64,000 nucleotides of DNA from Candidatus Marinacidobacterales bacterium (lineage in GTDB: Bacteria > Acidobacteriota > Vicinamibacteria > Marinacidobacterales > SMYC01): NCBI GenBank assembly GCA_965237955.1, contig OZ250169.1:1632001-1696000 (forward strand). The letters run 5' to 3'. Under the pieces are notes generated by a model. That model searched no databases. It saw only the letters and a program-made list of their open reading frames with translations, and was not told where the DNA came from. This document shows, in pieces, positions 25,625 through 36,481 of this stretch. The position numbers were made by a program, and so were the translations under genes. Each line of letters begins with the position of its first letter. Position 1 is the first letter of the stretch.

Positions 25625-27271
25625 ATGACGACGCGCCCGAGCGTGCTGGGCCTCGTTATTGGATTCGCGGCGCTCGCGGGTTGCCAGGTTTCTTCCGACG
25701 TTTCTCTGCCCGCAGAAGACCGCCTGCTCGAGGACATCATGGAGACCTATGTCTCCGAGCGGTTCCGCTTCTATCCGGTGGAGTTGACGCTCTCCGGTCT
25801 TCCCGGCAACGACGACCGCTTAGGAAGCTACTCGCGAGCGGCGATCGAAGAGCGTATCGGCTGGCTGACGGACTTTCATCACAAGCTCCTGGGTCTCAGG
25901 CCGACCGCACTGTCGCAGCCGGGTTACTTGGACGCTCTGTGGTTGGCGAGTCTGGTCAAATCCGAGCTCTTCGAGCTCGAGGAGAGAAGTCTCTGGCGTC
26001 GTAGTGCGGCGTTTTATGGCGACGCGGTGCGTCTCGGGCTCGTGTCGTTGCTCGCGGAAGGCGATCTCGCCTCGCACGCCGACGCGCTTGCCGGGAGGCT
26101 AGGTAACATACCTCCACTCCTCGACGAGGCGCGGGAAAACCTCGACCCCGCGGAAAGCGTCTGGCGATCCGACGGGCTCGACTCGCTGGATGCTTGCCGG
26201 CGATTGCTCGAGGACCTGCCCGAGATGCTCGAAGGTCGATTGCCGCCGCACCGGGTCGCCGAGCTCGCGGGGTTGAGCCGGGCGGCAACCCGCGCAGTTC
26301 AAGACCTCATCAGGTTGTTGCCCGAGCTCCAATCAGGGGACGACCCGCTCGGTTACTCGTTGGGGGAGGCGTCACTCGAACGCTATTTTTTCTACGACCA
26401 CATGGTCGACTGGTCGCTCGACAAAATCGCGATCGAGGCGGAGGAAGAGCTCGCCGTGGTGACGCACGAGCTGACCGAGCTGGCGTTGAACCAGTTCGCG
26501 TCGAAATCGCTGCTGGCCGTCATTGCACCCAAGCCTTGGGCGGAGCCGCTGGAGTCCGAGGTCGTGGCCGCGGAAAGCCGCGTGCTGGCGTTTTTTCGCG
26601 AGCGGGACGGCTCGACCCCTCTCGACGCGTCGATCCCGGTGCGGCGTGTGCCTGCCTACTTCCCCGGTACGGAAACGGTGCAGCTTTGGCGTCCCAAAGC
26701 TCTCGAGCCCGCCCGGGGATCGTTCTTGATGGTGCGTGAGGTGGCTCGGCCGGATGCGACCGAGCTCGAGCTTCTGACGTTACGGGAGATCGGCGGACGC
26801 GCACGTCAGTATGCTCATCAGGCGGGCTCGGCGAGTCTACTCAGACGTGTGTTCGCCGCGCCGACGACGAGCGAGGGTTGGCTCGCACGATTCGAGCGGG
26901 CCGCGCTCGATGAGGGATTCCATGCGGAGAGCTCCGAGCTCCGCGTCGAACACTACAAGCGGGCGATGTTGGATTTGGTGCGTTTGCTCGCGGTGGTCGG
27001 CGTCCACGCTCACGGCCAAAGCCTCGAAGACGCGGCTGCGCTCTTTCGCGAGCGCGCGTTCGTATCCCCCTCGGCTGCGCGCGCCGAAGCGGAGCGGATT
27101 GCGGTCGACCTGTCTCTCGGAGATTCGGCGCTCGGCCGGCTGCTCGTGAAAGAGCTGGCCGCCGAGTACCGCCGTAGCCATCCGCTGAGTCCGCCTTCCG
27201 AGCTCGAAGACCGCCTCCTCGCCGACGGACTGTTGCCGATCCGTCTGGTGCGTTTCCAGATATTCAATTAG
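25625..27271 (+). CDS. DUF885-family lipoprotein
   Basis: Lipobox LAGC; DDRLGSYS, EGW and C-terminal LPI features typical of DUF885. Confidence 0.7.
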   Translation: MTTRPSVLGLVIGFAALAGCQVSSDVSLPAEDRLLEDIMETYVSERFRFYPVELTLSGLPGNDDRLGSYSRAAIEERIGWLTDFHHKLLGLRPTALSQPGYLDALWLASLVKSELFELEERSLWRRSAAFYGDAVRLGLVSLLAEGDLASHADALAGRLGNIPPLLDEARENLDPAESVWRSDGLDSLDACRRLLEDLPEMLEGRLPPHRVAELAGLSRAATRAVQDLIRLLPELQSGDDPLGYSLGEASLERYFFYDHMVDWSLDKIAIEAEEELAVVTHELTELALNQFASKSLLAVIAPKPWAEPLESEVVAAESRVLAFFRERDGSTPLDASIPVRRVPAYFPGTETVQLWRPKALEPARGSFLMVREVARPDATELELLTLREIGGRARQYAHQAGSASLLRRVFAAPTTSEGWLARFERAALDEGFHAESSELRVEHYKRAMLDLVRLLAVVGVHAHGQSLEDAAALFRERAFVSPSAARAEAERIAVDLSLGDSALGRLLVKELAAEYRRSHPLSPPSELEDRLLADGLLPIRLVRFQIFN

Positions 27272-27273
27272 AG

Positions 27274-27419
27274 CCCGAACCCCCATGCCCTTGCCCCTGC
27301 CCCTGCCCCTGCCTTCGCCCGTCCCCGTTCAAAACCAAGGGAACGTATCTGCTCAACCGAGACCTCGAGGACAACGGAACGGGGCCGGGCAAGGGCAAGG
27401 GCAGGGGTTCGGCTTCGGG
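27274..27419. repeat. Long intergenic inverted repeat built from hexamers (GCCCCT/GCCCTT)n
   Basis: CCCGAACCCC..(TGCCCC)n..CCCCGTTC pairs with GAACGGGG..(GGGCAA)n..GGGGTTCGG. Confidence 0.75.
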
Positions 27420-27674
27420 AGACGGGATCGATTCTCTTGCTTCCATTACACACCGTCCAGATCTATACTTTTCTCAAATCCATTCCGAATCCCATGAAAG
27501 CTCGAACCTGCGGCGCAGCCGCTCTCTCTCTTTGTCGGCTCCGCCCTCTGCGCCTGGGTCTTTTGGGCAAACGGCCTCCAGGCAACGGCCGCGACAGTTC
27601 TGGGTCTTCTTGCCGGCGGGCTCGGTGTCGCCCTCGTCCGCGAACGCCGCGAGTCTGCCCGGCTCGAACGCGCG

Positions 27675-30168
27675 TTGGGACGAGAGAGCGAGCGCGCCCG
27701 GCAAGTGTCGGACCATGCGTGGCAGAGCGCGCTTTTGACCCAAGTCGTGGACGAGCTTCGCATCTCGCCCGATGAAGTCTCGGTGCTGCAAACCGCGACG
27801 ACGGTACTGGTGAGAACACTCAAGGCGTCGCGCGCCGTCGTGTACCGACGAGAAGATGATGACGCGTTTCGCGTCCGCGCTCAGTTTGCGTCCGAAGGGG
27901 TAGCGCGGCTCGAAGCGGACGCCATCCTCCCTCCCGTCTTGGCGTCGGATCGAGAGCTTGCCGAGCGTCTCTCCGCGAGCGACCTGACGGAAGAGGCCGA
28001 TCCCGAGCTCCGCGCTTTGGCGGAGCGGCTCCAGGTACACTCCATCGTGGTCGTACCGGTTGACGACGACTACATTATCGCGGTGCACCAATGTGAAGGA
28101 CCGCGTTCGTGGACGAGCACCGAACGTCGATTCATCCAGCGCTTCGCCGACCAGCTTGCATCAGCACTCACACGGGGTGCGGAATATCGCCAACAAACCG
28201 AAGAAGCTGAGGTGCGCTCCGGACTCTTGCGCGTCGCGCATGCGCTTTCCGGAGCTCGCGAGTCTCGAGCCGTTCTCGAAATCGCGACGTCGGTGGGAGC
28301 GCCGCTCGCCCAGTCTCGAGCGAGTGCGATTCTCGTCGACCGCGACCGGTGCGGTTTTCAAGTAGCTGTCCAACACGGATTCGCGCCCGAGCTTTCGCCC
28401 GCGTGCGTTCAGTCACTCGAGAGCGAGCTCGAAGATTCCGTCCGCGCGCGTTCGACGATGCGCGTGAGCCCGGACATCGCAGGCCGGTGCCCGGAGATGA
28501 AGTCGTTCGGGCCCCTCATGATCGTGCCGCTCTACTACGGGCGAGAGGCCATGGGCGTTTTCTTGTTCGAGAAAGCTCCGACCGAGAGAAGCTGGCCGGA
28601 AACCGAAGCGCACATTGCCGAGGCTTTGGGCGATCTCACCGCATCGGCGTTGAAGAACGCGAGCCTGTTCGAAACGCTCACTTCTGCGGAAGCCCGCTAC
28701 GCCGATCTGTACGACAACGCGCCCGATCTGTACCAGACGGTCGACCCCGGAGGGCGCATCCTCGACTGCAACCTGACCCAGTGCCGCACGCTCGGTTACA
28801 CGAAGGAAGACCTGGTCGGACGTCGCTTCGAGCGTGTTCTTGCGCAAGAGTCCGTCGCAACCTGGCGGAGTCTCCAGGCGGAGCTTTTCGACAAAGGGTG
28901 CGTGCACGACGCCAATCTCAAGCTTCGCGCGCGAGAAGGACGAAACGTTGATGTGGCTGTGAACGCGTCGGTGGTGCCTGGCGCCGAAGGCAAACCGCTT
29001 TCGGCGCGTGTCGTCATGCGCGACGTCAGCGAACAGCGGCGGCTCGAGCACCAGTTGCGACAAAGCCAAAAGCTCGAGGTCGTCGGTGCGCTCGCCGGGG
29101 GCATTGCTCACGATTTCAACAACGTGCTCGGAGGTATTCTCGGCTACGCGTCGCTTTTGCACGCGCATTTGCGGGATCGTCCTCACGCACAGAGATACGT
29201 GGACACTATCGAACGCTCCGCGGTGCGGGGTGCCGAGCTCACCGGAAGACTTCTAGCGGCGTCCCGGAAAGCGCCGGCCAAAAAGGAGGCGGCGAATCTC
29301 AACGAGGTCGTCGAGGAGACGCTCGAGCTCCTCGCGCACACGTTTGACAAGAGAATCCGTATCGGCAAACGTTTGGATTCTCGCGTCCGCCCCATTCTCA
29401 CCGACGCGGGCCAGCTCCAGCAGGTCGTTCTCAATCTTTGCGTCAACGCACGCGACGCTATGCCCGACGGAGGATTGTTACAGGTAGAGACGGAGGTCGA
29501 CGAGCAGGAGAATCGCCTACGCCTCTCCGTCGAGGACGCGGGCGTCGGGATGGACCCGACGACGATGCAACGACTGTTCGAGCCGTTCTTCAGCACCAAG
29601 GGCGAGGGGGGTACGGGGCTTGGGCTCAGCGTCGTCTACGAGATCGTGACCTCGCTCGGCGGTGACGTTCGCGTGAAGAGCTCTCCCGGGAAGGGCGCGC
29701 GCTTCGATATTTTCGTGCCGACGAAGTGGGTCGAAGCCCAAGACCAGCCGACGGAACTCGCCGAGCCGGTGCGCGGTCGCGGTGAGCTGGTTCTGCTCGT
29801 CGACGACGAGCGCGTCCTGCGCGAGGTGGGAAAAGAGATTCTCGAGACCCACGGCTATCGGGTTCAGGCAGTCGGGAGTGGTGAGGACGCGCTCTCGTTC
29901 ATCCGGGACTCCGACGAGGCGGTAGCCCTCGTCATCCTCGATTTTGGTCATGCCCGGCATCGACGGAGGCGAAACCTATCGCCGCCTCCGCAACGTCGAC
30001 ACCAAGGTTCCCGTCTTGTTGTCGAGCGGGCTCAGCTCCGAGGATGCCGTCAAAGAGATCATGGCCGCCGGCGCCACCGGTTTCATCCCCAAACCCTACA
30101 GGATCGGCGAACTCACCCACGCCGTGCATAGCGCGCTCCAGACGGTCGATCCCACAATGATGCATTAG
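27675..30168 (+). CDS. Hybrid sensor histidine kinase GAF-GAF-PAS-HisKA-HATPase-REC; frameshift near 29943
   Basis: AGGIAHDFNN, NARDAM, GTGLGLS, LLVDDE; receiver completes in ORF 29944-30168 (VMPGIDG...FIPKPY); start uncertain. Confidence 0.9.
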
Positions 30169-30294
30169 GGGTCCTGCGCGCGTCCGCTACCCGCTCTCAG
30201 TTGTCCGGTCCGCATGGATCCGTGTGCGCCGGATAGCGGGAAGCCGATAGCGGATAGCCGAAACTGACTATAATCCCCCCTGAGCAGCCTCTTC

Positions 30295-31503
30295 ATGCGC
30301 ATTTTAATGATTGCCCCTCAGCCGTTTTTCCAGCCGCGGGGTACCCCGTTCAGCGAGTTTTACCGCATCCGCGCGATGACCGAGCTCGGCCACCAGGTCG
30401 ATTTGGTGACGTATCCCATCGGCGAAGACGTAGACATGACCGGGCTTTCGATTTTTCGCACCCCGGCGATCCCGGGAATCAAGTCGGTCCGCATAGGACC
30501 GTCGCTCGCGAAAATTCCTCTCGATGCGCTCGTGTTTACATCATCGTTGCGTCGCCTGGTCTCGACGCGGTACGACGTGCTCGATTGCCACGAAGAAGCG
30601 GGGTTGATGGGAGTCGTCCTCTCGAAGCTCTTCGGTATTCCAACGATCTACGACATGCACAGCTCGCTCCCGGAGCAGCTCGAGAACTTCCGCTACAGCC
30701 GCTCGAAAGTGCTGCGCTATCTCTTCGACGTCGCCGAACGCATCACCATCAAGGGCTCCGAAGCCATCATTTATATATGTCCGTACCTGGGCGAGGTCGT
30801 CACCAAAGTCGACCCCGAGAAGCCGAGCTTCCTCATCGAGAACTCGCCATTAGCGGAGTCCGGTCGAGACGTCGCTCGGGCCGAAGCCAAACGACTGCGA
30901 GTCGAGTTCGGGCTCGACGACGCCTTCGTTCTCCTCTACACCGGGACCTTCGAGGCGTACCAGGGACTCGAGCTACTCTACGAGGCGCTTTCCCGCGTGC
31001 ATGATCCCTCGGTTCGCCTGTTGATGGTCGGCGGCAAGCCAGACCAAGTCGAAGCGGCGCAACGAGACGTCGCGCGGTTTGGCATGGAAGATCGTGTTGT
31101 GTTCGTGGGCCAGCGCCCACCCGCGGAGATGTCGCTCTACCTCGCCGCCGGCGATGCCCTCGTCTCGCCGCGCTCGCACGGGAAGAACACGCCTCTCAAA
31201 ATCTACTCGTACCTGCGCGCAGGAAAACCGATCGTCGCCACCCGCATTCTCACGCACACGCAAGTACTCGATGAGGAGATCGCCGTTTTGACCGAGCCCG
31301 ATCCCGAGGCGTTTGCTCGAGGCATCGACACGATTGTGTCGGAGCGTGAGCGGGCGCGAGCGCTCGGGGACAACGCGCGGCGGCGCTCGGACCAGGAGTA
31401 CAGCTACGAACGTTATCTGGATCGGACGCGCCGGTTGTTGGATTTCGTGTCGGAGAACCTCGGGCGGCCCCTGACGCGCGAAACCCCCGCGCCAACGGAG
31501 TAA
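30295..31503 (+). CDS. GT4 family glycosyltransferase
   Basis: YTGTFEAYQG, PLKIYSYL, GKPIVAT; TATAAT at 30269-30274. Confidence 0.9.
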   Translation: MRILMIAPQPFFQPRGTPFSEFYRIRAMTELGHQVDLVTYPIGEDVDMTGLSIFRTPAIPGIKSVRIGPSLAKIPLDALVFTSSLRRLVSTRYDVLDCHEEAGLMGVVLSKLFGIPTIYDMHSSLPEQLENFRYSRSKVLRYLFDVAERITIKGSEAIIYICPYLGEVVTKVDPEKPSFLIENSPLAESGRDVARAEAKRLRVEFGLDDAFVLLYTGTFEAYQGLELLYEALSRVHDPSVRLLMVGGKPDQVEAAQRDVARFGMEDRVVFVGQRPPAEMSLYLAAGDALVSPRSHGKNTPLKIYSYLRAGKPIVATRILTHTQVLDEEIAVLTEPDPEAFARGIDTIVSERERARALGDNARRRSDQEYSYERYLDRTRRLLDFVSENLGRPLTRETPAPTE

Positions 31504-31507
31504 CAGC

Positions 31508-32656
31508 TTGAAAGTCGTCGTTGCAATCGTTTTGAGTTGTTGTGCGGCGATGGCAGGCGCACAGCCCGACGCGACATCGCGGCCGCGCGCGCGAGACATC
31601 GGCATCGCCCCCGGCGTGCTTCCGACGGGGGAGCTGAACGCCATCACCGACGTCGCCGGCGTGTTGGTGGGCCAAGTGACCATCTGGAAAGGTGACGACG
31701 TCCGTACCGGCGTCACCACCATCCTTCCGCACGGCGGCAATCTGTTTCAGGAGAAAGTGCCGGCAGCGATCCATCTCGGCAATGCTTACGGGAAGCTCAT
31801 CGGCTACACCCAAGTTCGAGAGCTCGGGTTCATCGAATCGCCCATCGTGCTCACCGGGACTCTCGCTGTCTGGAATGCGGCCAACGGCGTTCTCACGTAC
31901 CTGATGGGATTACCCGGCAACGAGAACGTGAACTCGTTCAACCCCATCGTGGGCGAGACCAACGATGGGACCCTGAACGACATCCGCGGCCGTCACGTGA
32001 AAGAAGAGCACGTCCTCGAATCGATTCGCATCGCTTCCGGTGGTCCCGTGCAAGAAGGTGTCGTCGGAGCCGGAACCGGCACGAGTGCGTTCGGGTGGAA
32101 AGGCGGGATCGGAACCTCGTCAAGGAAGCTCCCCGAGCGTCTCGGTGGCTATACGCTCGGGGTTCTGGTTCAGAGCAACTACGGCGGCGTGCTGCAGATG
32201 GACGGCTTGCCGGTGGGGAAGGAGTTGGGTCAGTACTACCTGAAGAGCGCCGTCGAAGATGAAGGCAATAGTCCCGATGGCTCGATCATGATGGTGGTTG
32301 CCACCGACGCTCCCGTGCGGACGGATGGGCTCTACCGGATCGCGAAACGTGCGATGCTCGGTCTCGGCCGTACCGGTGCGACGTCATCGAGCGGCAGCGG
32401 GGACTACGTCATCGCGTTCTCGACGGCGCCCGAGCTGAGAAGCAAGGACGAAAGCGATGATCTCACCGAAGGCGCCGCGGTGATGCGCCACGAGGACCTT
32501 TCACCGTTGTTTCAGGCAACCATCGAAACGACGGAAGAGGCCATCTTCAACTCGCTCCTCAAGGCGGTCGTCGTCGTCGGCAAGAACGGCAACCGCCGCG
32601 ACGCACTCCCGATCGACCGTGTGCTCGAGATCAAAAAGAAGTACAACCGCGAGTAG
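31508..32656 (+). CDS. dmpA: P1/S58 family aminopeptidase (DmpA-like)
   Basis: NAITDVAGV, GETND, GAGTG, KGGIGTSSR, DGSIMMVVATDAP, SGDYVIAFST; signal peptide. Confidence 0.85.
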   Translation: MKVVVAIVLSCCAAMAGAQPDATSRPRARDIGIAPGVLPTGELNAITDVAGVLVGQVTIWKGDDVRTGVTTILPHGGNLFQEKVPAAIHLGNAYGKLIGYTQVRELGFIESPIVLTGTLAVWNAANGVLTYLMGLPGNENVNSFNPIVGETNDGTLNDIRGRHVKEEHVLESIRIASGGPVQEGVVGAGTGTSAFGWKGGIGTSSRKLPERLGGYTLGVLVQSNYGGVLQMDGLPVGKELGQYYLKSAVEDEGNSPDGSIMMVVATDAPVRTDGLYRIAKRAMLGLGRTGATSSSGSGDYVIAFSTAPELRSKDESDDLTEGAAVMRHEDLSPLFQATIETTEEAIFNSLLKAVVVVGKNGNRRDALPIDRVLEIKKKYNRE

Positions 32657-32657
32657 C

Positions 32658-33854
32658 GTGGACAAGATCAAAGTTCTGCAAATCTGTGACCACCTCGGGT
32701 GGGAGGGGTCTCGAATGCATGGGGTCAAGCGGCTCTTTGCATGGATGATCCCGCGGTTCGACAAGAGCCGGTTCGACGTCTCGCTTCTCAGTCTTCGCAA
32801 GAAAGATCTCTCCGAGGACAAGCTCGAAGACTACGGCTTCGCCGTGTACTACCTCGAGAAAGGGAAGTTCGACCCGTCGACGTTGCCGGCGCTGATTTCT
32901 TTGCTGAAGCGTCTCGACATCGACGTGATCCAGACCCATGGCTACGGCGCGACCACGTTCGGGAGAGCGGCGGCGGTGTATCTCGGAATCCCGAACATCC
33001 TCCACGAGCACGCCAACCTGACCGACACCCCATGGTTTCAGAAGATCCCGGACAAGCTCTTCGATCGCTACACCGACGTCGCGATCGCCGTTTCCGAGTC
33101 GACGCGCGAGTTCTGTATCCGTGGACGGCTCCTATCCCCCGAGAGGGTCAAGAAAGTGTTTCTCGGCGCGCCGCTCGACGAGTTCCAGCCGTTCACGCGA
33201 GGCCAAACCAAGGATGCGCGGCACCGATTCGGATTCGAAGACGACTCGCTGAAGATCTTCGGGACCGTCACCCGGCTTCATGAGTCGAAGGGCAACCGCT
33301 ACTTTATCGACGCCGCGGCTCGGGTGGCGAAAGAGCTGCCCGAGGCGCGCTTCGTCATCGTGGGCGAGGGTCCGCTCCAGCCCGAGCTCGAAGCCCAGGC
33401 CGAACGTCTCGGTATTCGGGACCGCGTCGTGTTTCTCGGATTCCAGCGCGACGTCGCCGCGTGTTACGCGAGCTTCGACGTAGCCGTGTTCCCGTCGCTC
33501 TGGGAAGGCACGCCGCTGACGGTTTTCGAGTGCATGGCGATGCAAAAACCGATCTTGTCGACCGACGTCGACGGGCTCCGAGAAGTTCTCGTGAACGACG
33601 ATAACGCGCTCGTGGTCCAACCACGAGACACCAACGCGCTCGCGACCGGGATGGCCCGATTGATCGACGACGAAGCACTGGCGGAGCGCCTCGCGTCGAG
33701 AGCCCACGAGACATCCCAACGCTTCGGCATCCAGGCGTTCGTCGACACCATGGAGCAGCTCTATGACGTCCTCGTCCGGCGTTATCGCGACGAGGGCCGC
33801 CGGCCGCGGTGGGATTACGCCAAGGACTTCGACTTTCTCCCGGCAAATTCATGA
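32658..33854 (+). CDS. GT4 family glycosyltransferase
   Basis: RLHESKG, FPSLWEGTPLTVFECMA. Confidence 0.9.
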   Translation: MDKIKVLQICDHLGWEGSRMHGVKRLFAWMIPRFDKSRFDVSLLSLRKKDLSEDKLEDYGFAVYYLEKGKFDPSTLPALISLLKRLDIDVIQTHGYGATTFGRAAAVYLGIPNILHEHANLTDTPWFQKIPDKLFDRYTDVAIAVSESTREFCIRGRLLSPERVKKVFLGAPLDEFQPFTRGQTKDARHRFGFEDDSLKIFGTVTRLHESKGNRYFIDAAARVAKELPEARFVIVGEGPLQPELEAQAERLGIRDRVVFLGFQRDVAACYASFDVAVFPSLWEGTPLTVFECMAMQKPILSTDVDGLREVLVNDDNALVVQPRDTNALATGMARLIDDEALAERLASRAHETSQRFGIQAFVDTMEQLYDVLVRRYRDEGRRPRWDYAKDFDFLPANS

Positions 33855-33873
33855 GCGTGCGCGGTGCATCAAT

Positions 33874-34827
33874 GTGAAGGCCGGCAAGCTCTCGTTTGTG
33901 TTGCGCATCGCGGTGAGTGTCGGTCTCATCGTGTTCATGCTCTCGCGCCTCGATCTCGAGAACATGTTGTGGTTTCTGCGCCGCGCCGACGTGTCGCTGG
34001 TGCTGGCAACGCTCGTCACCGTGTTCGTCGACCGCGCGTTCATGGTGGTGCGGTGGATGAAGCTCGTCGAAGCACTCGATATTCAAGTGCCGGGCGTGCG
34101 GGTGGTCAAGATTTTCTTTCTCAGCACGTTCTTCGGCAGCTTTCTTCCGTCAGGCGTCGGTGGGGAAGCGGTGCGCGCGGTCTCGTTTTCGCGATTGACG
34201 TCGCGCGGGGTAGAGTCCGTGGCCTCGGTGGTGATGGATCGACTGCTCGGGCTCTTGTCGATGCTTCTCATGGGGCTCATGTCCTTGACCGTGTTCTATC
34301 GCGTCTATCCTCACCCGGCACTTCTGGGGGTCGTCGTCGTGGCTGCGGTGGCGCTGGTCGCGGGGTTGGCGCTTGTTCTCTCGCGCACGATGCATGCGCG
34401 GATTATGGCGCGCGGCCAAGAGAACTGGCTTTCGAAAGCAGCGCAAGCCATGGGCCGCTACCGCGATCGGCTCGGGACGCTCGGCATCGTCTTGCTGTTA
34501 TCACTCGGCGTGCAAGGTCTTCGTGTTCTGCAGGCGTATCTTCTGTCCGAAGCGCTGGATCTCGGAACGCCGGTCATCTACTTTCTATGCTTCATCCCAC
34601 CGATCCTGGTAGTCACCATGCTGCCGATATCGGTCGGAGGCTGGGGGACGACCAACGTCGCGTATGTCGCGCTTTTCTCTCAAGTGGGTATGGACCCTGA
34701 CGGGGCGTTCGTGTTGTCGGTCCTGATCCTCGCGCTCGGTGTCATCGGCAATCTTCCCGGCGGTTTGATTTATGCTTGGGAGGGATTCAGCTCGTCGCAG
34801 GCGGAAAAGGCTGGCGAAAACGCATGA
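33874..34827 (+). CDS. Lysylphosphatidylglycerol synthase TM / UPF0104 flippase-like protein
   Basis: RW, FLPSGVGGEAVR, DR, LPISVGGWG motifs; multi-TM. Confidence 0.8.
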   Translation: MKAGKLSFVLRIAVSVGLIVFMLSRLDLENMLWFLRRADVSLVLATLVTVFVDRAFMVVRWMKLVEALDIQVPGVRVVKIFFLSTFFGSFLPSGVGGEAVRAVSFSRLTSRGVESVASVVMDRLLGLLSMLLMGLMSLTVFYRVYPHPALLGVVVVAAVALVAGLALVLSRTMHARIMARGQENWLSKAAQAMGRYRDRLGTLGIVLLLSLGVQGLRVLQAYLLSEALDLGTPVIYFLCFIPPILVVTMLPISVGGWGTTNVAYVALFSQVGMDPDGAFVLSVLILALGVIGNLPGGLIYAWEGFSSSQAEKAGENA

Positions 34828-35924
34828 GCAAAGTTGCGATCGAGACGGTCGCGCCGTCGGAGGAGACGGCACTCTCCGCGAGAGCGCTTCGCGTCATCGT
34901 CGTCACTTCGGATGTTCCCTTCGTCGACGGAGGCCATCGGGTAATCGCCAAAGAGATCACGCGCGCGCTCGAAGCCCAAGGTCATCTCGCGGAGCTCGTG
35001 ACCACAACCCAGAATCGTTTTGGAAGACAGTTCTCCGCCTACGTCGCCAACCGATTCACCGACGTGGGTGAGACGGGCGCGGGAGAGCCCGTGGACCAAG
35101 TGATATCGCTTCGCTACCCGAGTTTCGCGGTACGCCACAAAAAGCACGTGTGCTGGCTCAACCACCGGATGCGCGAGTACTACGACTTGTGGCCGGCGTT
35201 CACGAAGAAGCTTTCCAAAAAGGCCGTCGCCAAGGAGTCGGTTCGTCGTTTTCTGATCCATCGTGCGGACCGTTATTTTCTGACGCGAAACGTCACCAAG
35301 CTCTACGCGCAGTCCAAGACGATTGCGCAACGCCTCCGCGATTTCGGCGACATCGACTCGGAAGTGTTGTACCCACCGCCACCCGAGCGCCCGTACCGCA
35401 CCGACGGCTACGAGAATTTCGTGTTCGCGGCATCCCGACTTCACCCGCTCAAACGCCTCGACCTTCTCGTCAAAGCGATGAAGCACCTGAAGTCGCAGGA
35501 GCTCCGCGCCGTCGTTGCGGGCACGGGTGAGGAGGAAGTGAGCTTGAAAAAACTCGCGGTCGAGCTCGGTGTTTCCGACCGCATCGACTTCGTGGGTCGT
35601 GTGAGCGACGAAGCGCTCGTCGACTACTACGCCCGATGCCGGGGCGTATTTTTCGCTCCGTTCATGGAAGACTACGGCTTCGTGACCCTCGAGGCCTTCC
35701 GCTCCAAGAAACCGGTGTTGACGTGCATGGACAGCGGTGGACCGGCCGAGCTCGTCTCCGTCGGCCGCTCCGGTTATGTTCTTCTTCCCGAGCCGTTTCA
35801 AATCGCCCGCGAGCTCGATGAGTGGGCTTCGAACGAAGAGCTGGCGAGGCGGATGGGCGAGAATGGTTACGCGGATACGCGCACGGTGCGCTGGGATGCT
35901 TGCATCGAGGCGCTCTTGTCATGA
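34824..35924 (+). CDS. GT4 family glycosyltransferase
   Basis: SRLHPLKR, EDYGFVTLEA, DSGGPAE. Confidence 0.9.
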   Translation: MSKVAIETVAPSEETALSARALRVIVVTSDVPFVDGGHRVIAKEITRALEAQGHLAELVTTTQNRFGRQFSAYVANRFTDVGETGAGEPVDQVISLRYPSFAVRHKKHVCWLNHRMREYYDLWPAFTKKLSKKAVAKESVRRFLIHRADRYFLTRNVTKLYAQSKTIAQRLRDFGDIDSEVLYPPPPERPYRTDGYENFVFAASRLHPLKRLDLLVKAMKHLKSQELRAVVAGTGEEEVSLKKLAVELGVSDRIDFVGRVSDEALVDYYARCRGVFFAPFMEDYGFVTLEAFRSKKPVLTCMDSGGPAELVSVGRSGYVLLPEPFQIARELDEWASNEELARRMGENGYADTRTVRWDACIEALLS

Positions 35925-35947
35925 AGCTGGTTGTCATCGACTAGAAT

Positions 35948-36427
35948 TTAGTTTCCTGGTCGTTCGCTTGCGGGGATTGACGTGAAGGCGATCGAGGCGA
36001 GCTTCCACTGGTCGTCCTGCCGCACCAGCGTGAAAAAATCGACACCGAACGACGCCACCCCGGTGTCGCGTACGATCTCGAACTCCGCTCTCACCATGGC
36101 GAGCTCGCCGCTCGCGACTTCGATCTCGACGTTCGTCAACTCCTCGCGGAACGGCCGGGGACCCGGCCCCTCCATGAGGCCGTCGAGCCACTCTCGACCG
36201 CTTTGGACACGGTTCACGAAGCCGCCCCTCGACCAACGGGCGGTGATGATGTTCGCGTCCTCGGTCATGTGCTGGCCGAGAGCATAGAAGCGAAGCCCTC
36301 CCAAGAGCTCGAGAAAGTGAACCACGGTTTCGTGGACCTCCATCTCGAGGCCAGGATCTTGGTCTTGAGGCGCTCGAGGCGACGCGACGAGCAGGACTAT
36401 CAGGAGCGTGGCGGCGAACAGTTTCAT
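35948..36427 (-). CDS. Secreted NTF2-like (DUF4440/SnoaL-like) protein
   Basis: Signal peptide; GVDFFTLVRQDDQWK C-terminal NTF2 pattern. Confidence 0.65.
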   Translation of the reverse strand: MKLFAATLLIVLLVASPRAPQDQDPGLEMEVHETVVHFLELLGGLRFYALGQHMTEDANIITARWSRGGFVNRVQSGREWLDGLMEGPGPRPFREELTNVEIEVASGELAMVRAEFEIVRDTGVASFGVDFFTLVRQDDQWKLASIAFTSIPASERPGN

Positions 36428-36481
36428 GAAAGCATTCTAAGTTGAAAACGAGGGCCATCGGGTGTATCAATTTAGATCACC

